Assembly: GCA_964343805.1 (NCBI GenBank)
Contig: CAYFLR010000013.1
Location: forward strand, 47,168 to 101,574
DNA length: 54,407 nucleotides
Direction: 5' to 3'
Source: an uncultured bacterium
Lineage (GTDB): Bacteria > Bdellovibrionota_B > Oligoflexia > CAYFLR01
In this document: piece by piece, positions 27,553 through 36,659 of the stretch
Layout: each line of letters opens with the position of its first letter
Position numbering within the stretch: position 1 is the stretch's first letter
Notes under the pieces: generated by a model
What the model was told of the DNA's origin: nothing
Databases searched by the model: none
Seen by the model: the letters and a program-made list of their open reading frames with translations, nothing else
Made by a program: the position numbers and the translations under genes

Positions 27553-29631
27553 GTGGCTCTGAATTATTATAGCAGTCAAAAAGAAGATAAAGGCAGTGAA
27601 AAGTCCATAGGCTACTTTAGCGATCTGTTTGCACTGCTTTGCTTTATTTTTCTCTTTCTCTATGTGATTTCTACCTTGCAACAGAATTTATCCTCCTTGA
27701 ATCAAAATATAAAAAGTCAAAAGGTAGAGAAGAACTACGATCAGAAGATCAAAAATATTGTGCAGGAATATGAAAAGCAGATGGTAGTTTTTCAAAAAGA
27801 GAAAGAGGAATACATCAAACAGCATGCCACTAAAGAGCAGAAAAACACCTACGAAGATGTCCTTGAGAAATTAAAGGCCGTGAAGTTGAAAGAGCAGAAG
27901 AAGCTAGAAGCCTATCAAGACCTCATGGATAAAACTCAAAATAAGATTAAAAATATCTTCTCTCTCAATAAACAAATTGAAAATATAGCGGCCTCAAATT
28001 TAGTGGCCTCTGCCCAAATTAAAAAGCTAAAAGAAGAGAAAGAAAAAATAAAAAAGCAAAAGGAACAGGAAGAGTTAAGGAAAAAGCAAATTCTCGAAGA
28101 GATGCAGAAAAAGGTAGAGGAGAAAGAGAAACAAAAGCAGGTAGCTATCTTAAACGTAAAGAAACAAACCCAAGATGTTATTCAAAAGAAAGAAAAAGAA
28201 TTGAAACAAAAAGTTAAGAAAGTGCAAGAAATGGCTATCTCCATGGTGAAACAGACCAAGGAAGAGATGACTAATAAATATGAACAGAAAATAACCGAGC
28301 AGGACAAAAATTATAAAGAACAGATAAATACCATCCAAAAACAAACTAAAGAGCAGTTACAAAAGCAAAAGCAGGATTGGCAAAAAGAAATAGAAGCCAA
28401 AGATCAGCAGATGAGCATGAAGGTCCAAGAGTTTCAAGACAAAATCACGACTCAAGAACAGCAGTATAAACAGCAAATTACCACTCAAGAACAGCAGTAC
28501 AAGCAGCAAATTACTACTCAAGATCAACAATACAAACAAAAAATTGCCCAACAAGAGCAACAATATCAACAAGAGATCTCACAAAAAGTTCAGAAATATG
28601 AACAACAAATTCAAAAGCAAGGGCAACAGCATCAACAGGAGATGACATCTCAAGATCAAAACTATAAGCAGCAGATAAACAGTTTACAAAAAGCAAGCCA
28701 AGATCAACTGCAAAAACAAAACGCTTTATGGCAGAGCGAGCTACAAAGCAAAGAGCAGAACTGGCAGGCCAAAACCAATGAACTGCAACAATCTCTCAGC
28801 CAAAACAAAGACGCCTTCGCCCAATTTAAGAGTGCCGCTCAGGCAAAAGAAGATCAGTTGAAACAAGACATGAAAAATGCCCTTGTAGAAAACACCGCTG
28901 CTCTCACAGCTAATTTTGATAATCAAATGGCAGAAGCAGATAGTCAACATAAGAAAAAATACAGTGGCTTAAAAGATAAATATAAAGCAGCGGTTGAAGA
29001 TAAATGGCGCCTCATTGACAAAGTCAACATATTTGCCGAACCTCAAGCGAAATTGGTCGACCGAATTCATGGGAAGTTAACTGAAGCCTTTAAAAAAGCC
29101 GGTATTGAAGCCGATGTAAATCCCACATCTGGAGAGGTGACCATCAAGTTTAGAGACACCTTCTTTGATTTTGATAAGTCAGATTTAAAAGACGAAATGA
29201 AGGACCAGGTTGCTAAACTTTTTCCTATTTTTGCCAAGACGATATTAGGTGATCGAAGTATTGCTAGAAGGGTTAAATCCTTTGACCTCATTGGTTATGC
29301 TTCCCCTGTCTATGGCGGAGGATTTGTTTATCAAGATGCTCGCACCGAGTTCGGACGACGAGCCCTAAAATACAATATGGATTTGAGCTACCAACGAGCA
29401 CAATCGATTTTTCACTATGTATTCAACCCGGAAAACGTCAAATTTAAATACCAAAGATCCATGCTTAGAAAAACCAAAGTGATCAGTATGAGTCACCTAG
29501 GTACCAAACTCAAAAGGCTATTACCTGAGTATGACAAGAGTAAGCATTTTTGTGAAAATTATGACTGCCAAGAGTGGCAAAAAACATCGATTCGATTTAA
29601 TTTTCGACAACCCAGATTTGAGGGTAAATAA
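27553..29631 (+). CDS. MotB/TolR-like Asp-TM protein with ~430 aa of K/E/Q-rich coiled coil and a C-terminal OmpA/MotB-like peptidoglycan-binding domain
   Basis: GTG start, preceded in frame by TAA, with GAGG 6 nt upstream. Single TM GYFSD24LFALLCFIFLFLYV mimics the MotB YADFMTAMMAFF context. Long heptad-like region spans about residues 45-470. The C-terminus FDFDKSDL...DLIGYASPVY...YNMDLSYQRAQSIF matches the OmpA_C pattern (N..LS..RA). Confidence 0.75.
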   Translation: MALNYYSSQKEDKGSEKSIGYFSDLFALLCFIFLFLYVISTLQQNLSSLNQNIKSQKVEKNYDQKIKNIVQEYEKQMVVFQKEKEEYIKQHATKEQKNTYEDVLEKLKAVKLKEQKKLEAYQDLMDKTQNKIKNIFSLNKQIENIAASNLVASAQIKKLKEEKEKIKKQKEQEELRKKQILEEMQKKVEEKEKQKQVAILNVKKQTQDVIQKKEKELKQKVKKVQEMAISMVKQTKEEMTNKYEQKITEQDKNYKEQINTIQKQTKEQLQKQKQDWQKEIEAKDQQMSMKVQEFQDKITTQEQQYKQQITTQEQQYKQQITTQDQQYKQKIAQQEQQYQQEISQKVQKYEQQIQKQGQQHQQEMTSQDQNYKQQINSLQKASQDQLQKQNALWQSELQSKEQNWQAKTNELQQSLSQNKDAFAQFKSAAQAKEDQLKQDMKNALVENTAALTANFDNQMAEADSQHKKKYSGLKDKYKAAVEDKWRLIDKVNIFAEPQAKLVDRIHGKLTEAFKKAGIEADVNPTSGEVTIKFRDTFFDFDKSDLKDEMKDQVAKLFPIFAKTILGDRSIARRVKSFDLIGYASPVYGGGFVYQDARTEFGRRALKYNMDLSYQRAQSIFHYVFNPENVKFKYQRSMLRKTKVISMSHLGTKLKRLLPEYDKSKHFCENYDCQEWQKTSIRFNFRQPRFEGK
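28447..28545 (+). repeat. 3x 33-bp in-frame tandem repeat (TTQEQQYKQQI)
   Basis: The units are acgactcaagaacagcagtataaacagcaaatt / accactcaagaacagcagtacaagcagcaaatt / actactcaagatcaacaatacaaacaaaaaatt. Confidence 0.9.
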
Positions 29632-29633
29632 TT

Positions 29634-30509
29634 ATGGAACCAGGAATCATTCACCACCTCTTAGAAATGCTGTCAGAGTCGGCTGGCAATTATATGATGG
29701 CCCTGATGGTCGGCACCTTCTGTGTAGCATTTGTGGTTAGGCTGTGTATTTATTACATCATTAAAAGTGAACAAAAGTTCACCAAAGAGTTTGAGGCCAG
29801 AGTGGTCAGGCATATGATGAATGAATACAAAACGGGAAAAAACTGGACCTTTCAAAAAATCACCGACTTTCTTTTAAAGAAGACATTTCATGAGACCTAT
29901 TTATTACAGAAAGTCCAAGGCCTCAGAAGAATTAAATATCTGTTTACCCAATTGCTCAATAAGATATTTGGAATAGAAAGAGGAGCCAATCTAATCATTG
30001 AAGATACCCTTCAGCAAACTAAGTTTTTACGCGGCGGCATGGAGCAAAATTTCGACATGGGACTCAACTTTGTCTTTTCCTCTAACCCCTATTTCAATCG
30101 ACTCTTTAGGATATTCTCTATCGGAATGATTGATGACATTTTATCTATCTTACCAGGCATCTTTATTATTGGAGGTCTCTTCGGTACCTTTCTCGGTATC
30201 ATGGGAGGTCTCCCCGCCTTGCAGGTGATGGATGTAACCGATATGCAAAAATCAAGTGAAACCCTGAATTTCTTTTTAAGAAATATGGGTTTTGCCATGG
30301 GGACATCTGTATTGGGAATTTTACTATCAGTGGGTACCACCGTACTGAATACTATTTTTTCACTCAAATCCATCTATGTTGATTTAATTGAGCGCTATAA
30401 AAACTCGCTCATTTTCCTATTTAAAGAAACCACCACTAAAGTAAAAAAAGCTCGTCTCATTACCCGATCCGAGCCAAAACCAGAGGAATCAAAAACTATC
30501 CCAGCTTGA
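29634..30509 (+). CDS. MotA/TolQ/ExbB-family proton-channel-like protein (3 TM)
   Basis: The ATG lies 2 nt after the upstream stop. Topology is TM1 (YMMALMVGTFCVAFVVRLCIYYI), a ~130-aa loop, then LPGIFIIGGLFGTFLGIMGGL (ExbB/TolQ G-L-x-G-T-x-x-G pattern) and AMGTSVLGILLSVGTTVLNTIF. Confidence 0.7.
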   Translation: MEPGIIHHLLEMLSESAGNYMMALMVGTFCVAFVVRLCIYYIIKSEQKFTKEFEARVVRHMMNEYKTGKNWTFQKITDFLLKKTFHETYLLQKVQGLRRIKYLFTQLLNKIFGIERGANLIIEDTLQQTKFLRGGMEQNFDMGLNFVFSSNPYFNRLFRIFSIGMIDDILSILPGIFIIGGLFGTFLGIMGGLPALQVMDVTDMQKSSETLNFFLRNMGFAMGTSVLGILLSVGTTVLNTIFSLKSIYVDLIERYKNSLIFLFKETTTKVKKARLITRSEPKPEESKTIPA

Positions 30510-30518
30510 GGCTAACCC

Positions 30519-31010
30519 ATGAAACAAATGCGGCTGATGATTTATGTTTCTCAAGGAGTTTTCCATGTTGCAGGAGACTTAGATCAAGATTCCACATTTG
30601 AAGAGATCGAAGATTATTATATGGATCCGGTCATCATGGATCTCACCGGGTTAAGGCGGATTGACGCCTTAGGCTCGAAAAGATGGATCGAAATACTTGA
30701 AATGCTACAGGAAAGAAAAATATTTTTACGAAATTGCCCTCAGGTTGTGATAGAGCAAATCAATATGTTTCCTGAGTTTTTAGTCCATGCTCAAATTCGT
30801 TCCTTCTCCATGCCATTTTACTGTGAATCATGCCAAACAGAGCAGTCTTTTAAAGCCACTATGAAAGAGGCCAAGAAAGAAAACTTTCTTTCAACTATCA
30901 ACGATCGTTATGAATGTGAGGACTGTGAAGCACTAGTTCAATTGAAACCCAATGTAGATGAATATTTTGAATTTCTAGCACCCTATTTAAAGCCAGAAGA
31001 GACCAGTTAA
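30519..31010 (+). CDS. STAS-like domain protein with a C-terminal 4-Cys zinc-ribbon
   Basis: VFHVAGDLDQDS...VIMDLTGLRRIDALGSKRWIEILEML follows the STAS/anti-sigma-antagonist pattern, with Ala at the usual phospho-Ser position (DALG rather than DSSG). Then come CESC...CEDC. GAGG RBS. Confidence 0.55.
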   Translation: MKQMRLMIYVSQGVFHVAGDLDQDSTFEEIEDYYMDPVIMDLTGLRRIDALGSKRWIEILEMLQERKIFLRNCPQVVIEQINMFPEFLVHAQIRSFSMPFYCESCQTEQSFKATMKEAKKENFLSTINDRYECEDCEALVQLKPNVDEYFEFLAPYLKPEETS

Positions 31011-31031
31011 TTTCATTTGTGAGAGTGACCT

Positions 31032-31745
31032 ATGGGCTTATTTTCCAGTTTAAAAAATTTAGTGACAAAAGAGGATCTCCAACAAGAGTATGAACTCAGA
31101 GAATGCCGTATTTTGGTAGATCAAATTGAGGGGGTCAGTTTTTCACTTAAAGAAAATGAGAACGAGATTCCCATAAAAATTGATAATATTTCTATCAATG
31201 GAATAGGTCTGAGTAAGGATTCGGTGGACAATTGGGGAGAAGTTGGAAGCTCCCTTTTTGGTAAATTACATTTCGATCAAAAAGATTATGATGTGCAAAT
31301 GGAGATCGCTCGCATTACCCCTTCTTTGATTGGCTGTAAATTCACAGAATTCCCCACAGAATATGAAGAGCACTTTGAAGAATTCTTTGCCGTAGAACTG
31401 GCCGCTACTGATTTGGTTCCCATTACCATGCAGGGCTTATCCCAAGAAAGCGAAGAGGGAAAACCCTTTTATTATAAAGGAGATAATGACTGTCTGATTA
31501 AACTGCTAGAAAAAGATAAAAATGTCATCTCATTTTCTATCTCCTTTTTAGGACATAATGTAGGCTTTGAAGTTAATAAACCTTTAAAAGCCTGGTTTGA
31601 AGATAATGAAGAAGGAGAAGAAACAGGCTCGAACTTTGTTCAAATTATCAAGACAACTCGGAGCTTCTTGAATAACACCTCCTGTCTACCCAAAGAGCAA
31701 AGAGCTTTTATTTTAGAGCAACTAAATTCGGGACCTGCAACTTAA
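31032..31745 (+). CDS. PilZ-like domain protein
   Basis: IDNISINGIGLS matches the (D/N)xSxxG PilZ motif. Later PilZ barrel strands are GKLHFDQKDYDVQMEIARITPSLIGCKF. The upstream RxxxR motif is degenerate (LRECR). Confidence 0.55.
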   Translation: MGLFSSLKNLVTKEDLQQEYELRECRILVDQIEGVSFSLKENENEIPIKIDNISINGIGLSKDSVDNWGEVGSSLFGKLHFDQKDYDVQMEIARITPSLIGCKFTEFPTEYEEHFEEFFAVELAATDLVPITMQGLSQESEEGKPFYYKGDNDCLIKLLEKDKNVISFSISFLGHNVGFEVNKPLKAWFEDNEEGEETGSNFVQIIKTTRSFLNNTSCLPKEQRAFILEQLNSGPAT

Positions 31746-31852
31746 TTCGTTCTGTCAATTCTATTTTGTTTTATTGACCTAATAGTCTAACTATAATAAA
31801 ATTCGAAAAATACATAATACATATTAATGAAAATACTTTTATGGAGGTTAAA

Positions 31853-32251
31853 ATGCCATTTATTGACTGGTCTGATAAACTCAGTGTAGGACATCCCACG
31901 ATTGATTCTCAACATCAGAAGTTAGTAGAAATGCTGAATACACTTAATGACGCTATGGCTGACCGAAAGGGAAACGATGTCCTAGGTGGGATTTTCACAG
32001 GGCTCGTTGAATACACAGTCACTCACTTTCAATACGAGGAAGGACAGATGGACCTGCATAAGTATCCAGATGCAGTAAACCATAAAGCAGAACATAAAAA
32101 ACTCACAGAAAAAGCTCTCGACCTCAAAAAACAATTTGATGAAGATGCCATGCTCATCTCGGTGCAAGTGATGTCCTTCTTACGAGATTGGCTGCAAAAT
32201 CATATTCAAAATGTAGATAAAAAGCTGGGAGATTATTTATCATCTAAATGA
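31853..32251 (+). CDS. bacteriohemerythrin
   Basis: MPFIDWSDKLSVGHPTIDSQHQKLVEML, HFQYEE, HKAEHKKL and WLQNHIQNVDKKL match the hemerythrin His/Glu/Asp ligand pattern. The ATG at 31853 has GGAGG 6 nt upstream, so I prefer it over 31841. Confidence 0.85.
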   Translation: MPFIDWSDKLSVGHPTIDSQHQKLVEMLNTLNDAMADRKGNDVLGGIFTGLVEYTVTHFQYEEGQMDLHKYPDAVNHKAEHKKLTEKALDLKKQFDEDAMLISVQVMSFLRDWLQNHIQNVDKKLGDYLSSK

Positions 32252-32306
32252 TTATCTCTGCTTATAGTATCGAGAATAAACGGTCTGGGGGTGATACAAT
32301 AGCCGA

Positions 32307-33932
32307 ATGAATAAGCCTTTATCACTTCCCAGTTTCCCTTTGATCTTTTTGGTTATTTTCTTAGCCTTTTACTGCACACGATCAGAAAAAGAAAATGACA
32401 ACAGCAGCGAAGATCAAATTTCCAATGAACGTACTGAGCCGACTCCCTTACCAAATCCTTGGAATCAAATAAAAGCTTCCGACCCTTTTAATAATAACTC
32501 TTCAAGTAGTTCAGAAGAAGAACTCTTTTTTAATGAGATAGGAAGCTCGAAAGAAAGCCTCACTTCTCAGTATCAAGATGCGCTATCAAGTTTTTTACAA
32601 GCTGAGAAAGAGTGCCTTCAATCGAACTATCAAAAGTGTCATGAAATACTATCAGCACTTTGGAGCAAGTATCCTACCGGAGATCTCAGTTGGTATAACC
32701 TCACCAGTGAAGATGGAGATATGAACCTGGGGACTCCTCCTTTCTACTACGCTCTTCGTATGCTTTCCGACCTAGCTGAATTAAATCTTGAAAGTAAAGC
32801 GGAACCCAAAGAGAGCTTTCTACTTACTGTCATTTTAGTGGGTAAGTCCGAAAGTTTAATGCCCACCAGTCAAAATGACCTTACAAAATCCACGGGAATA
32901 AAAACTATTGAAAATCTTCATACCAGTTTGCGGGATGATGAAAATAAGCTACTCACAGAATCTTTGAGAATTTTCAAGGAGTATGTCCTGGTGATGAGTC
33001 AGGGTCTGAAGTCTCTTAAGGTAAATTATTTATTCGTAGATGACTATCAGATACCAGTGGAAATTAAATTTGATGAGAGATATTTTGCGACTCCCTCTAC
33101 TAAAGGCTACACTGAGCTATGGTCTTATATAGATGATGAAGTGAAGGCAAAAACCGACTGGTGGTGGCTCATCTACCCCTCTCAAGTTCCAGATCGTTAC
33201 CCAGATTTTGCAACAAGTGAATTTGTTACTGGGGGGATGGGACTCGGAGAGCAAGGGATTAAACCTCTGTTCATAATAGACGATCTATGGCTTATACGGC
33301 GGCCTCCCCATTTAGGGAAAGGACTTTACACTTCCTTAGAACGAAGAGTCTACCTTCCTCAATGGCTTCAGCACGAGTTTTTCCACCATCTATTTAGAGT
33401 GTACCCCATTTTCGAATTAGAAAAGGAATCTCATCAATGGTTTGATAAAATTAACTGGCCGAGTGATTTTGAGGGAGTGTTTGAAGCCGATTACTATCAT
33501 GAATCCCTCTTTAAAAGAATTCTTGATACTGGAGACCCAATTCCCTCAATACATTTATCATATAAAGCCCCAGAAGAGAGTTTATGGAAGGAAGTTCCCA
33601 TCAGTGGCATTTGTGGGAAATATCGACATCTCCCTTATCAAAATGAATGGCATGAAGGAACAATTAAGCTGAAAGACTCTAATGAGAGTAATACTTATGT
33701 TTGGAAAAATAGTGCCGGCGTTTCATGGAATTTGACCCCAAATTGGACGAAAGGAACGCTAGATACTGCATCCACTAGCCCCTACTATGAAGCTGATCCC
33801 TTAAGAGGTCGTCAATTTATCTTTGGTTTAGAAAAAATAAAAGCCGGTGGTTTCAACCCCAAACTTACTGGATTTACTTTTATGGGAGGTTTTTATCAAT
33901 TAATTGAGGAACATTCATGTGAGGGAAGCTAA
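32307..33932 (+). CDS. secreted protein with an HExxH motif (putative metallopeptidase-like)
   Basis: Signal-like N-terminus LPSFPLIFLVIFLAFYC. WLQHEFFHHLF contains HEFFH (33372-33386). No other recognisable domain. Confidence 0.5.
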   Translation: MNKPLSLPSFPLIFLVIFLAFYCTRSEKENDNSSEDQISNERTEPTPLPNPWNQIKASDPFNNNSSSSSEEELFFNEIGSSKESLTSQYQDALSSFLQAEKECLQSNYQKCHEILSALWSKYPTGDLSWYNLTSEDGDMNLGTPPFYYALRMLSDLAELNLESKAEPKESFLLTVILVGKSESLMPTSQNDLTKSTGIKTIENLHTSLRDDENKLLTESLRIFKEYVLVMSQGLKSLKVNYLFVDDYQIPVEIKFDERYFATPSTKGYTELWSYIDDEVKAKTDWWWLIYPSQVPDRYPDFATSEFVTGGMGLGEQGIKPLFIIDDLWLIRRPPHLGKGLYTSLERRVYLPQWLQHEFFHHLFRVYPIFELEKESHQWFDKINWPSDFEGVFEADYYHESLFKRILDTGDPIPSIHLSYKAPEESLWKEVPISGICGKYRHLPYQNEWHEGTIKLKDSNESNTYVWKNSAGVSWNLTPNWTKGTLDTASTSPYYEADPLRGRQFIFGLEKIKAGGFNPKLTGFTFMGGFYQLIEEHSCEGS

Positions 33933-34568
33933 TCATTTAGTGGTTATACTTAGCATAATCCCACTGAAGTCGACTTTAGCGCCTGCTTGATAGCCTAAAA
34001 GCATTGCCCTGCCAAAGGTTTTATTCTTAAAGTAACCGCCTTCTCCCCCTAACCAACCAGAAGCTGCTCCCAAAACAAACCCTTTATACACTTGTCTTCC
34101 CACATTGAAATCAGAATAGATTATAAGGCTAACCCCAATAGTTCCTCCGGCAGAAAAACCACCACCCCTGAGTGAGACCCATCTTACAATGTCCCTATTG
34201 ATAGACATGCAGAGTCCAGCCCCTCCTTTTATAATGAATGAGATTTGCCCTTTTCCACAAATTAAAACGGTAGTGGTAAAGTACTCATTTCCCTTCACCA
34301 AGGACATTTTTCGATCTTTATCTTCTCTTACAATAATTTGATCTGCCATTTCAATGGTCTTGGGCAATTCGGCCCGGATGGATTCAATCTCGGTTGTTGT
34401 GTGCCCTTCACCAGCCAAGTAATCTCTAATGGGTGCAAAATCAAAATGCTTTGATTCTCCATCGATAACTAAAGAGAGCACATTACTTGAGGTAGATGGA
34501 TAATTAGAACTTCTCACCTTACAACTAAAAAGCACCAAAGCGAATAACAAAGGCCAAAGCATCCTCAT
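33933..34568 (-). CDS. lipoprotein with a Gly-rich C-terminal half (possibly SYLF/DUF500-like)
   Basis: Lipobox ALVLFSC/KV. GGAGLCMSINRD...GGGFSAGGTIGVSLIIYS...GAASGWLGGEGGY. The family assignment is tentative. Confidence 0.5.
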   Translation of the reverse strand: MRMLWPLLFALVLFSCKVRSSNYPSTSSNVLSLVIDGESKHFDFAPIRDYLAGEGHTTTEIESIRAELPKTIEMADQIIVREDKDRKMSLVKGNEYFTTTVLICGKGQISFIIKGGAGLCMSINRDIVRWVSLRGGGFSAGGTIGVSLIIYSDFNVGRQVYKGFVLGAASGWLGGEGGYFKNKTFGRAMLLGYQAGAKVDFSGIMLSITTK

Positions 34569-34716
34569 AATGAACTCCTAAAATAGGTTGTAACGGTTAA
34601 CCATTATTTTATAATATCTCACTCTTCTTTTCACCTCCAATCCGACCCATGACTTGTATTTAAATCTCGATTGATTTAAAATTTATCCCAAACCCTAAGG
34701 AAAGATTGAATTACTT

Positions 34717-35889
34717 ATGAAATTACTTTTTATACTGCCCCAAAATCCATTTCTATTAAATGACGGTCTCACCTTGATCATAAACCAGTGGCTGAACCTA
34801 TTAGTATATGATCATCAAGTTTATATTGCTATTTCAAACCCTAAAGAGGGGGATGCCGACTCTCTAAAAAACCACCTTCCAAATGTCACCTTATTGGAAT
34901 GGCAAAAAGAAACCCAACCAGAAAAAGCTGGAGGTTTCCCATTTAATTGGTTTGATAAGAAAGTGCTCAACTACCATCTCTTTCGTTTTCAATTGCACAG
35001 CTTAATATCATACTATCACCAGCAAAATAAATTTGACGCGATTATTACCTTTGGTATCAAAAACTCGGCCTATCAATTCCACCTAAGGGACTGTGTTAAA
35101 GTCTGTCATGTGGTGGATGATCCCATCAAGCAAAATTGGCCCAAGGCTCACTCTCTTTGGCAAAAAATAAAAAACTACAAACCCGTGGTCATATCTCTTT
35201 ACAGTAGTTGGCGTTTTGCAAAAAAAATGAACCTTCTACTCACTGTCACCGATGAGGATTCTAAAGCCTTAGCGAAGTACTCTTTCCATCCTAATATTAA
35301 AACCATCTGCAATGGAGTGGATACAGAGTTTTTTACACCTGGGCAAGAGGGAGAGGTTCCATCTGTTATCTTCACCGGTAATATGGATTTTTTCTCCAAC
35401 ATTGAGGCCGTGCAGTTTTTTAGTACAAAAGTATGGCCTTTAGTGAATAAGACCAACAAGCCTGCCGAGTTTTGGATCGTTGGACGAAATCCCACAGCCG
35501 AAGTTTTGGCTCTTAATTCACCTGAGACCAACATTAAAGTGGTTGGGGCCGTACCTGATATTACGGAATACTTAGCCAAATCTTGGGTGGTGGCCGTCCC
35601 CATGGTGGTGGGAACCGGAATAAAAAACAAAACTCTAGAAGCTTGGTCCATGGCTAAACCAGTGGTTACAACGAGCATCGCCACCCAAGGTTTAATCATT
35701 GATGAAGGTAAAAACTGTTTTGTTCGAGATAGTGCAGAGGATATTGCAAAGTCTGTACTGGATCTCCTTTCATCTCAAGAACTACGAAATCAAATGGGTA
35801 AAACTGCAAGACAAACAGTTTTAGAGCACTACACATGGTCCGGCCAAGTCAATAAACTATTAAACGAAATTAAAAAATGCCAAGACTAG
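34717..35889 (+). CDS. GT4-family (GT-B) glycosyltransferase
   Basis: VIFTGNMDFFSNIEAVQFF...VWP, IVGRNP and PMVVGTGIKNKTLEAWSMAKPVVTT match the pattern of Gly-rich loop plus E-x7-E-like LEA. It resembles the F-x-G-x-MDY-x-PN sugar transferases often found in EPS loci. Confidence 0.8.
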   Translation: MKLLFILPQNPFLLNDGLTLIINQWLNLLVYDHQVYIAISNPKEGDADSLKNHLPNVTLLEWQKETQPEKAGGFPFNWFDKKVLNYHLFRFQLHSLISYYHQQNKFDAIITFGIKNSAYQFHLRDCVKVCHVVDDPIKQNWPKAHSLWQKIKNYKPVVISLYSSWRFAKKMNLLLTVTDEDSKALAKYSFHPNIKTICNGVDTEFFTPGQEGEVPSVIFTGNMDFFSNIEAVQFFSTKVWPLVNKTNKPAEFWIVGRNPTAEVLALNSPETNIKVVGAVPDITEYLAKSWVVAVPMVVGTGIKNKTLEAWSMAKPVVTTSIATQGLIIDEGKNCFVRDSAEDIAKSVLDLLSSQELRNQMGKTARQTVLEHYTWSGQVNKLLNEIKKCQD

Positions 35890-36611
35890 CCTTGCCCCCT
35901 TATCATTGCCCAAAGGATTCCATAGAGTTCGTGCATAAGCAGATCACTGTTACGTAAAATTTGTGAACGCGGTGCAATAGTCCCCGGGAACCAAGAGTTT
36001 TTTCCTCTCACCAAGTGCCCCACTGGCACGGGGGTAGGCTTCATTCCTTTATTTACAAACAACATCATTGAACGCGTCATGTGCAGTGCGGAAGTGACTA
36101 GTAAAAATCGATCAGTCTTAACTAACAACTTTATAATCTGAGCTTGATCTTTGGTATCTAAAGAGCGATCCTCAACAATAACTCTATTCGCTGGCACTTT
36201 TAACTGAAGAGCTAGTTGCTGCATAATCACTGCTTCAGCTGTTCCTCCATATGGAGAACCACCAGATAAAATCAGCTTTGCCTCTGGATATAATTGGGCC
36301 AACCGAACGCCCTCTATAAGGCGAACCAACGAAGCTTTATTTAGCTGACTAGTTGTAGGAATATTAGGATCTGGAACCGCTCCACCTCCCAAAACCACAA
36401 TAAAAGAAGGAGCAACAGAATTTTTGCTTACTTGATAAACTGGATAATTTCTTTCTAAAAGGGTGACGAGATGATCGGAGAGAGGGTCATAGAATGTCAG
36501 CAACATAAACAGCAAAGCCAATCCACTAAAGACCATTTGCCATTTATTTCTGGTATTTACTGACCAAGCAAAAGCCAACAAACCAAATAGAAAAATAAGT
36601 CCGGTGGGCAT
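35886..36611 (-). CDS. DUF218/ElyC/YdcF-family membrane protein
   Basis: Two N-terminal TM helices, then FIVVLGGG, LILSGGSPYGG, DTKDQA and LVTSALHMTRS, which are the DUF218 blocks. Confidence 0.75.
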   Translation of the reverse strand: MPTGLIFLFGLLAFAWSVNTRNKWQMVFSGLALLFMLLTFYDPLSDHLVTLLERNYPVYQVSKNSVAPSFIVVLGGGAVPDPNIPTTSQLNKASLVRLIEGVRLAQLYPEAKLILSGGSPYGGTAEAVIMQQLALQLKVPANRVIVEDRSLDTKDQAQIIKLLVKTDRFLLVTSALHMTRSMMLFVNKGMKPTPVPVGHLVRGKNSWFPGTIAPRSQILRNSDLLMHELYGILWAMIRGQG

Positions 36612-36659
36612 TAACCAAGGGCTAATTGATTTTTTTAACCAGTAAACTCCTCCTGAAAC

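Noticed and set aside
27430-27681. 83-aa minus-strand ORF spanning the regulator/MotB-like junction
   Set aside because: It overlaps the 3' end of the HTH gene and the RBS-supported GTG start and TM segment of the MotB-like gene. It has no RBS and is likely spurious.
27553-30509. Zorya-type anti-phage system (MotA/MotB-like pair with a long coiled coil)
   Set aside because: In Zorya the long tail is on the MotA-like ZorA, the gene order is zorA-zorB, and ZorC/D or ZorE effector genes follow. Here the coil is on the Asp-TM/OmpA-like subunit, the order is reversed, and the partners are STAS and PilZ proteins with no nuclease or helicase.
35199-35699. 166-aa antisense ORF inside the glycosyltransferase gene, and similar nested ORFs (for example 16655-17044, 18869-19255, 41495-41887, 46239-46619, 237-428, 3640-3831)
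   Set aside because: Each is wholly contained within a longer ORF on the opposite strand or in another frame that has clear domain motifs. The nested ORFs have no RBS or recognisable motifs and show biased composition.
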